Source: Synechococcus sp. (GTDB taxonomy: Bacteria; Cyanobacteriota; Cyanobacteriia; Thermostichales; PCC-7336). From it: a stretch of 14,831 nt of DNA. This document shows, one piece after another, positions 1 through 7,276 of this stretch. Within the stretch, counting starts at the first letter, position 1; each line of letters opens with the position of its first letter. The DNA is taken from the NCBI GenBank assembly GCA_051439605.1, contig JBFRWN010000125.1, forward strand, positions 1 to 14,831, read 5' to 3'. The translations under genes were made by a program, and so were the position numbers. The notes beneath the pieces are model-generated. The model saw only the letters and a program-made list of their open reading frames with translations, was not told the origin of the DNA and searched no databases.

Positions 1-821
1 GGCAGCGATCGCTGGCAATGGCGTGCTGGGTGTTGTTGGTAGTCGCCCTGGCCAAGCCTCAGTGGTTGGGAGAGCCGATCGTGCGGACCGAATCCGCTCG
101 GGACTTGATGTTGATGGTGGATCTGTCGCAATCGATGGAGGCGCGAGATTTTACGGACGAACGCGGCAACCGTATCAATCGCTTGGATGCAGTCAAGTTG
201 GTGTTGGATAACTTTATCGATCGGCGCGAGGGAGATCGGATTGGCCTGATTCTGTTTGGCAATCAAGCCTTTTTACAGGTGCCCTTTACGCCAGATCGGG
301 AGATCGCCCGATTCCTGCTCTCTGAGGCGCAGGTGGGGATGGCCGGACCGCAAACGATGTTGGGGGACGCGATTGGATTTTCCATTCAGCTGTTCGAGAA
401 AAGCGACGCCAAGCATCGAATGGCCATTTTACTCACTGATGGCAACGATACGGGCAGCGAAGTGCCTCCCATACAAGCGGCAGACATTGCCGCCGAGAAT
501 GATATCAAGCTGTACACCGTTGCCATGGGCGATCCCGACACTGTTGGAGAACAGGAGTTAGATGTGGATACTCTGCAAGACATTGCCAGCCGCACCGGGG
601 GGAGCTTCTACCAAGCCAGCGATCGCGAAGGACTCGCCGCAATTTATCGGGAACTGGACGAACTGGAATCGCAAGAATTCGAACAACGCACCTTTCAACC
701 TCGGAGGTATTTATTTCACTGGCCGCTAGCAGGATTCTTCATGCTGGCAATTGGCTATCACACAGCGGTCTCCATGCGCCACGTGTACGCCCGGCAGGGA
801 GGGGACCGTGTCTCTACTTGA
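1..821 (+). CDS. batA: BatA-like VWA domain membrane protein (MoxR-associated), 5'-partial
   Basis: The frame is open from the window edge (QRSLAMACWVLLVVALAKPQWLGEP). It has a TM helix followed by ALAKPQ, a MIDAS motif DLSQS, DRIGLILFG, LLTDG, and a C-terminal LFHWPL plus TM helix. Stop TGA at 819-821. Confidence 0.88.
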   Translation, partial: QRSLAMACWVLLVVALAKPQWLGEPIVRTESARDLMLMVDLSQSMEARDFTDERGNRINRLDAVKLVLDNFIDRREGDRIGLILFGNQAFLQVPFTPDREIARFLLSEAQVGMAGPQTMLGDAIGFSIQLFEKSDAKHRMAILLTDGNDTGSEVPPIQAADIAAENDIKLYTVAMGDPDTVGEQELDVDTLQDIASRTGGSFYQASDREGLAAIYRELDELESQEFEQRTFQPRRYLFHWPLAGFFMLAIGYHTAVSMRHVYARQGGDRVST

Positions 822-2427
822 GTTTCACTTCATTCGTCCGGCTTGGTTGCTAGCCGCCATTCCCATTGGGGGGCTATTGGTTCTGATGCGGCGCAGCCGC
901 CAGCAATCGATGCGCTGGCAGGTCGCCATTGCCCCCCACTTACTGCCTCACCTGCTTGTGGGAGAAAACCGCCAGCAGGTACTTCGTCCCGGTCGAGTGC
1001 TAATTGCCGTTCTCTGTCTGGCTGTGTTCGCCTTGGCCGGCCCCACTTGGAAGCGGGAAACCTCGCCATTTGCCAATCTTGCCGGTCCTATGACGCTCGC
1101 GATCGACCTGTCCTCAACCATGAACGTGACCGACATTCAACCTTCCCGACTGGAGCGCGCTAAACAAAAAGCCCGTGAACTGCTCGCCCTGCGAGCGGGG
1201 GGACGTACTGCCCTGATTGCCTATGCCGGCAGTGCCCATTTGGTCTTGCCTCTCACCGACGATGTCGGCATTTTGGAAACCTATTTGGGGGAGCTGAGCA
1301 CGGACATCATGCCCTTACCCGGCAAAGACACCACCCGAGCGCTCGCAGCGGCTCAAGCAACCCTGGCCGATGAACCGATTCCCGGCACCATTGTGCTCTT
1401 TACCGATGGAGTCAAGGCTGATCGCCTGCCAGAAATAGTGGCTCAAAGCCGTCAGAGTCGAGATGCCGTGTCCATCCTGGCCATTGGTACTGCGCGAGGC
1501 GGAGCGATTCCCGAGGGAGACGATCGATTTGTCCGCGGAGCGGATGGACGGCCCTTATTGAGTCAGCTAGAGATGCGCAGTCTGAATGAGTTTGGTCGCC
1601 AAGCGGGAGCTTCGATAGTCGAGGTCAGCCAGGACAATCGCGACGTGCGTGCCATCGATCGGCAGAGCGCCGCAGCGACGGCTCAAGCAGAAGCCTTGCA
1701 GTCCGATCGCTGGCAAGATTTCGGCTACTGGTTGGTGTATCCGATCGCGGCCCTTGCCTTGTTATGGTTCCGACGGGGTTGGAGCGTTTCTTCACTGCTG
1801 CTAGCCGTACTCGTCTCGGGCAGCCTGACGGCCCAACCGGTGCAGGCCCAAGAATCGACCTTTGTAGACCTGTGGCTGAGCCCAAACCAACAAGGTCGCC
1901 TGCAGTTCGATCGGGGGAATTACGCTGCTGCTGCCGAACGGTTTGAAGACGGGATCTGGAAGGGAGTGGCCTACTATGCGGCAGGGGATTTCGAAGGGGC
2001 GATCGCGCAATTTTCTCGACTGAACACCCCCGAAGCAGCCTTTAACCTGGGCAATGCCTACGCTCACAGCGGTGATTACGACAGTGCCCTGGCAAGTTAC
2101 GAGCGCGCCCTCGAGCTGCGCCCCAACTATTCAGCCGCCACGGCCAATCGAACTCGAGTGGAACAGGTCCTGGCTGAACGGGCAGAGGAGTCTTCCGAAG
2201 AGCAGCAGCAGCCTGGCTCGACGCTGCGACCGGATGATGTCGTCATAGACGAAACGGGCGAGCGTACTGACCACGTGCAGGAGCCCTCTGTCGTTGACGG
2301 CCCCATTCCCACCGAACAATTAGCAGAGGTGTGGCTGCGCAACGTCCAAACGACTCCAGCCGATTTTCTGCGGCAAAAGTTTGCCTTTCAACTTCAGCAG
2401 TCTCAGCAGGAGGGCGATCGCCCGTGA
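808..2427 (+). CDS. BatB/BatC-like VWA + TPR fusion protein
   Basis: Likely start is GTG at 808 after GGAGGGG (798-804), giving MSLLEFHFIRPAWLL. It has ALAGPTW, VWA motifs DLSSTM, SRLERAK and FTDG, a central TM pair (WQDFGYWLVYP...WFRRGW), TPR repeats (AAFNLGNAYAHSGDYDSALASYERALELRPNY), an acidic/Gln-rich linker and a WLR...PADFLRQKF tail. Confidence 0.87.
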   Translation: MSLLEFHFIRPAWLLAAIPIGGLLVLMRRSRQQSMRWQVAIAPHLLPHLLVGENRQQVLRPGRVLIAVLCLAVFALAGPTWKRETSPFANLAGPMTLAIDLSSTMNVTDIQPSRLERAKQKARELLALRAGGRTALIAYAGSAHLVLPLTDDVGILETYLGELSTDIMPLPGKDTTRALAAAQATLADEPIPGTIVLFTDGVKADRLPEIVAQSRQSRDAVSILAIGTARGGAIPEGDDRFVRGADGRPLLSQLEMRSLNEFGRQAGASIVEVSQDNRDVRAIDRQSAAATAQAEALQSDRWQDFGYWLVYPIAALALLWFRRGWSVSSLLLAVLVSGSLTAQPVQAQESTFVDLWLSPNQQGRLQFDRGNYAAAAERFEDGIWKGVAYYAAGDFEGAIAQFSRLNTPEAAFNLGNAYAHSGDYDSALASYERALELRPNYSAATANRTRVEQVLAERAEESSEEQQQPGSTLRPDDVVIDETGERTDHVQEPSVVDGPIPTEQLAEVWLRNVQTTPADFLRQKFAFQLQQSQQEGDRP

Positions 2428-3803
2428 TCTTCTCCGTTCGCCTTTCCCGCCGGCGTTTGTCTCGCAATTTTGCGCTCGCGATTGCTGCAGCGACCGCGAT
2501 CCTCTGTGATTCCGCACCCGCTCACCCGCAAGAATCTCCACCCTCGGCGATCGTTCGCACCTCCCTATCTCCGGACGGCGAACTTATTGTCGGTCAGCAG
2601 GTCCGCTTGCATGTGGATATTTTGGTTGAAACTTGGTTCGACCGAGCCCCGCGCTTTCCAGATATTCAGGTGCCGAATGCGATTGCCCTGCGTCCCAGCG
2701 GAGCCACGACCAACCTGAGCGAGCGGATTGACGGCCGTCTCTATTCGGGAATTCGCCGCAGCTACTACATCTATCCACAAGAGCCTGGCCCCTTCACCAT
2801 TCCTACATTCCAGGTGACGTTTATCCCTGCCCCAGCTGACGGATCGGCCCCAGAGTCGGTCTCTGTGTCCACCGAGACCGCCCGCTTTATCGCGGTCGTG
2901 CCGCCAGAGGTGAAAGCCAGAGATCTCGACTACGCGATCGCCACTGACGAGCTGACAATTGAAGAATCTTTCGATCGAGAGCTAACCGACATCCAAGTCG
3001 GCGATGCCATCCAACGCACCATCACGATTTCCGCCAGCGACACCGTTGGGGCCGTGTTGCCTCCTCCTCCACTCCCTTCCTTTTCAGGCTTGAACGGCTA
3101 TGTCGATCCCCCAAAAATTGCGAATTCAATCAATCGCGGCAGCTTGGTCGGTCGCAGAACCGACACGATTACCTACGTTGCAGAGCGAGGCGGTCGCTAC
3201 CGCCTGCCCGCTATCCGGGTGTCCTACTGGAATTTGGACAGTCAGTCCTTTGAAACCGAAGCATTACCTGCCGTTACCCTGCGCGTCTGCCTCTCGCTCC
3301 AGGCGATCATCTGGCGAGTTGGCTTGGTGACAGCCTCTGTCCTCGGCCTGATGGCGATTGCCCGATACTACCGCCACCCCCTTCGGAGGTTCGTCTCCGA
3401 CTACCGCCAGCGGCAAGCGGAATCGGAAGCCGCCTATTTTCGTCGCGTGCGTCAGGCTTGCGAGCGGGGGGAACCGCAAATGGCGATGCAGGCGCTGCAG
3501 GCTTGGGCCGGTCGTCTCGGCGATCGCATGGGAATCTCCACACCGAGTGAAGTGATGCAGCAATGTGACGACACCGCTCTAACTGCAGAATGGTTGGCCT
3601 TAACCCACTTACTGTACGGCGCACCTGCTGTCTCTAAAGCCTCCTCCCCCAGCCAAGCATGGTCCAGTTCGAAATTCTTTCAGTTGTTGCAAGCCAATCG
3701 GCGACATTTACTTGGAAAATCGAAGCTTAGCCAGCAGGCTAGACTGCCACTCCCTCCCCTGAATCCCGCGCCGCCCATCTCCAGAAACGCAAACACTCAA
3801 TGA
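2424..3803 (+). CDS. batD: BatD-like exported/membrane-anchored protein
   Basis: GTG at 2424 overlaps the upstream TGA (GTGA), with AGGAGG at 2408-2413. It has an N-terminal signal, VGQQVRLHV, YYIYPQEPGPFTIP, VGDAIQRTITI, GRYRLPAIRVSYWN, a TM helix and an ESEAAYF tail. Its position after the VWA genes fits bat operons. Confidence 0.82.
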   Translation: MIFSVRLSRRRLSRNFALAIAAATAILCDSAPAHPQESPPSAIVRTSLSPDGELIVGQQVRLHVDILVETWFDRAPRFPDIQVPNAIALRPSGATTNLSERIDGRLYSGIRRSYYIYPQEPGPFTIPTFQVTFIPAPADGSAPESVSVSTETARFIAVVPPEVKARDLDYAIATDELTIEESFDRELTDIQVGDAIQRTITISASDTVGAVLPPPPLPSFSGLNGYVDPPKIANSINRGSLVGRRTDTITYVAERGGRYRLPAIRVSYWNLDSQSFETEALPAVTLRVCLSLQAIIWRVGLVTASVLGLMAIARYYRHPLRRFVSDYRQRQAESEAAYFRRVRQACERGEPQMAMQALQAWAGRLGDRMGISTPSEVMQQCDDTALTAEWLALTHLLYGAPAVSKASSPSQAWSSSKFFQLLQANRRHLLGKSKLSQQARLPLPPLNPAPPISRNANTQ

Positions 3804-5518
3804 AGCACCGCAGCCTGGCGTTCGCCAGCATCCTCTTGGTAGGGCTCGTCACAGTCTTATTGTTTTGGGGGCAATCCGTCCAGTCCCAAACAGCCAGCGC
3901 ACCGAACGGGCCACCCAAGCTCATTCTGCAAATTACGGTCGACCAATTGCACGGCGACTTGCTGATGCGGTTTCGCGATCGCCTCGGGGCAGGGGGATTT
4001 CGTTATTTGCTAGAGCAAGGCACCCACTACAGCAATGCCCACTACCAGCACGCCAATACCGAAACCGCTGTCGGTCATGCCACCTTAGCGACCGGGGCCT
4101 ATCCTTCTCGTCACGGGATTATTGCCAACGACTGGATCGACCGCTCGACGGGGAAATTTTTCTACAACACCGAAGACGATCGCCATCACATCATCGGTCG
4201 CGAGCCCGAACGCCACAAGGGTGTCTCGCCTCGCAACTTGCTCTCGTCCACGTTTGGTGATGAGCTGGTCATTGCCAATGGCGGTCAATCCCGCGTGTTC
4301 AGCGTCTCGGGTAAAGACAGAGGGGCTATTCTGCCGGGGGGACATGTCGGCAAGTCTTTCTGGTTTTCCAAAAGCTCCGGTCAATTTGTTACCAGCACCT
4401 ACTACTACGACAGCTACCCCCAATGGGTCTCCGACTGGAACAATCGCCAGCCCGCCGAGCGCTACAAGAGGCAAACCAGGGATCTGCTGAACCCTCAAGA
4501 CAGCTACATTGCTACGGATATCGACGATCGCCGTTACGAAGGAAACTTCGATTCCCTCGGCCGCACATTTCCGCATGCGTTGGGGGATGGCAGCTCCTCT
4601 TATTTCTACGTTGTCTTGAGCATGACCCCCTATTTGGACGAATTAACCGTCGACTTTGCCAAGACGGCGATTGAAAGCGAAGGCATCGGCCAAGGTGCAG
4701 CCACCGATCTGCTTACCATCAGGCTGAGCTCGGCCGACTATATTGGCCATCTGTTCGGACCTTCCAGCCTGGAAACTGAAGACAACATCCTGCGTCTGGA
4801 CCGCAAACTGGCCGATCTGTTTCAATTCATCGATACCAAGGTGGGGTTGGAGAATACTTTAATCGTTCTGTCCGCCGACCACGGTGCCCCCGAGGCCCCC
4901 GAATATATTGCCGAGTTTGGCCTGGAGACGGGACGATTTCCATTCGATTGATTCCGTGAATCCCCCATTCTCAAAAATGCAATGCGGGCAAAGCTCGGGC
5001 GAGATGACCTGATTTTGGAGCACAGTCACCCTTATCTCTATCTGAACCGAGAGGCGATCTCCAGCGCCAATCTCGATGCCGTTGAAGTGGAGCAATTCAT
5101 TGCCAATACGGTCGTCGCCCAAGATGGCATCATGTACGCCTTAACCCGCAGTCAACTTCTGTCAGGGGAGCTCGTCGACGCTCCCATTCAGGATCAAATT
5201 CGCCGCAGTTTCCACCCCACCCGCTCCGGAGATATTCACATGATTCAAGACCAATATTGGTTCCTGCACTCGACCGAAGAAGCTGAAAAACTGGGGATTG
5301 GATATATTGCCGCGATTCACGGCTCCCCGTGGGAATACGACACTTACGTTCCCATCTTTTTCGCGGGCTACACCGTTCCTCCACAAACCATTACTCGCCC
5401 TGTCGGCCCTCAAGATATTGCTCCTACGTTGGCCTCCTGCATGAACGTCAAACCTCCATCCGGCTCTGTCGGTAACCCTCTCGCGGAACTGTTACCCTGC
5501 ATTCATCCTCGTGAATAA
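3800..5518 (+). pseudogene. PafA-type alkaline phosphatase superfamily enzyme interrupted by one in-frame TGA at 4949-4951
   Basis: ORFs 3800-4951 and 4982-5518 are in the same frame (...GRFPFD*FRESPILKNAMRAK...), 572 codons joined. It has a signal peptide, PKLILQITVDQ, the Thr-nucleophile motif TETAVGHATLATG, HGIIANDW, SVSGKDRGAI, DYIGH, LSADHG, and after the stop HGSPWEYDTYVPIFF and DIAPTLA. Confidence 0.85.
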
Positions 5519-5565
5519 TGCCAGGCTGCTATTCGTCGCCCATTTCTAAAACTACGCTTCCACTT

Positions 5566-6558
5566 ATGAAATCCATACGTTGTCGAGTTATCTGCGCATT
5601 GTTGGTGTTCTCACTGTGTGGCCTGGGGTTACCGGCATTGGCTGCAGATAGGCTATGCCCGGCCGATATGCAATTCATTGAGGGAGGGACATTCCGAATA
5701 GGGTCGAATAGCGAGCGGCCGGAGGAGCAAGCGGCCAGTGCCGTCACGCTGTCTGCTTATTGCATCGATCGCTACGAAACGACCAACCAGCAATTTGCCC
5801 GCTTTGTAAAAGAAACGGGCTACGTCACTGTGGCCGAGCGCGCCCTGTCCCGCGAACAATTTCCCGATTTGTCCGGGGAGGATCGCAGTCCGGGGTCTTT
5901 AGTCTTTGCTCCTCCGACGGAGAGCGGCCCCATACCCTACTTGCGGTGGTGGAAGTGGACTCCCGGCGCTAACTGGCGCCATCCCACTGGCCCCGGCAGC
6001 AACCTCTCCGGTTTGGACCGGTACCCTGTCGTACACGTTGCCTTTGACGACGTGGTAGCCTATGCCAATTGGGCTGGGAAATCCCTGCCCACAGAAGCTC
6101 AGTGGGAATTTGCTGCCCGTGGCGGCAGCGATTCTACCTATGGCTGGGGCGATCGATATTCCTCAAAAAAGGCCAATACGTGGCAGGGCATCTTTCCCAT
6201 TACCAACACTAAGGAGGATGGATATTTAGGGACCGCCCCCGTGGGTTCCTTTCCGGCCAATGCTTTCGGCCTCTACGACACGATCGGTAATGTCTGGGAA
6301 TGGACCGCTGATTGGTATCGCGCAGGCCATAGCGGTAAGGATGTCGCTTACAATCCTGCCGGCCCCTCGCAGTCTGACAGTTTCGATCCTCGCGAACCCT
6401 CGATCGCCAAGCATGTCATCAAAGGAGGCTCGTATTTATGTGCCAAAAACTATTGCAGTCGGTACAGACCGAGTGCGAGAGAAGCACAGAGTTCCGATAC
6501 GGGAACGTCGCATGTGGGATTTCGATTGGTCAAAAATCTCGAACAAAATCCAACCTAA
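5566..6558 (+). CDS. Formylglycine-generating enzyme (SUMF1/FGE-sulfatase family), probably exported
   Basis: Motifs: WRHPTGPGS, PVVHVAFDD, LPTEAQWEFAARGG, ANTWQG, PVGSFPANAFGLYD..GNVWEW, the catalytic KGGSYLCAKNYCSRYRPSAR, and HVGFR. The start is either ATG 5566 (signal-peptide-like MKSIRCRVICALLVFSLCGLGLPALA) or the in-frame ATG 5518, which overlaps the upstream TAA. Confidence 0.92.
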   Translation: MKSIRCRVICALLVFSLCGLGLPALAADRLCPADMQFIEGGTFRIGSNSERPEEQAASAVTLSAYCIDRYETTNQQFARFVKETGYVTVAERALSREQFPDLSGEDRSPGSLVFAPPTESGPIPYLRWWKWTPGANWRHPTGPGSNLSGLDRYPVVHVAFDDVVAYANWAGKSLPTEAQWEFAARGGSDSTYGWGDRYSSKKANTWQGIFPITNTKEDGYLGTAPVGSFPANAFGLYDTIGNVWEWTADWYRAGHSGKDVAYNPAGPSQSDSFDPREPSIAKHVIKGGSYLCAKNYCSRYRPSAREAQSSDTGTSHVGFRLVKNLEQNPT

Positions 6559-6844
6559 TTTCTACATTCCTGGCAACAACTTAAATAGCATCCTGAATAT
6601 TGTTTGATAGAGTTCCTCAAATGTTGAAAGCCCTTTCAGATCTTTTCAAAGAGAGTTCGAATCGAACGCCATTGATTGACGACAGCCAAGCAGAGATACT
6701 ACAAGTCGACCTACTCGAGGAATCGAGATTGAGTCTTAACTCTAAGTACATGACAAAAACTCCAAAGCATGTAGGAATTGTACGTTTTTATGCTGTAGGT
6801 CGAGCATGATCGAGCGGAGATGATCGAATCCATAGCGGAAAATA

Positions 6845-7135
6845 GGTAGTGCTTTAAACCTGTGGTTAGGGACTAAATTTTACGTCCAAATTCATAGCGA
6901 TCGATAAACAACCCAAGCACTGTGTCATGCATCAGGATTTTTTTGGAAAAGCAAATGGTCTTGCGAGCCAATCGCTTGATGCGCGTTCTCAAGGTCAAAT
7001 GCTTGCGCTCGATTTTCTGAGTGTTGGCTTTCCCCACACTATGGTTGGCTGTCTCTAGCAATCGCTCGTAGGCTCCCCATCCATCTGTATCGAACTGCTG
7101 ACGGTTAAAGGGAGCTAACAACTCCTTCAATTCGA
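6845..7135 (-). mobile_element. insB: IS1-family remnant (3' end of InsB-type transposase plus right terminal repeat)
   Basis: 6873-7130 (-) encodes TDGWGAYER...GKANTQKIERKHLTLRTRIKRLARKTICFSK..MHD, the IS1 InsB C-terminus. An IS1-like end GGTAGTGC starts at 6845. The N-terminal part and left end are missing, and the left boundary is approximate. Confidence 0.88.
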
Positions 7136-7276
7136 AAATGTATACAGCTCGACCGTGGTTCCTCTGGACTCAAGCGATCGAACCCAAGTCGGAAAATCTC
7201 TAGACTTGGCGTAGGATTTTGTACAGTTTCTCTATTCAATCCACTTTATCCCTGCGGGATAAGTCTGGGGGATCTC

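Larger units (their letters stand above)
5..3982. repeat. Cluster of HIP1 octamers (GCGATCGC)
   Basis: Copies start at 5, 619, 1999, 2414, 2934, 3520 and 3975. Only two more were found further right (9305, 13162). Counted by eye. Confidence 0.85.

Noticed and set aside
751..807. ORF-track N-terminal extensions of the VWA-TPR gene (from 751) and of batD (2331-2423)
   Set aside because: They overlap upstream genes extensively. GTG starts at 808 and 2424 have good RBS motifs and family-typical N-termini.
4949..5000. Selenocysteine or genetic-code reassignment at the in-frame TGA
   Set aside because: TGA is the real stop of three upstream genes (819, 2425, 3801). The position is not a catalytic Cys-type site, and only a weak hairpin follows, not a convincing SECIS.
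6600..6809. 69-aa ORF after FGE
   Set aside because: No recognisable motif or clear RBS, and it lies next to an IS scar. It cannot be supported as a gene.
6800..6830. Short ATGATCGA repeats
   Set aside because: Only 8 bp and built on the GATCG core that is over-represented in this genome.
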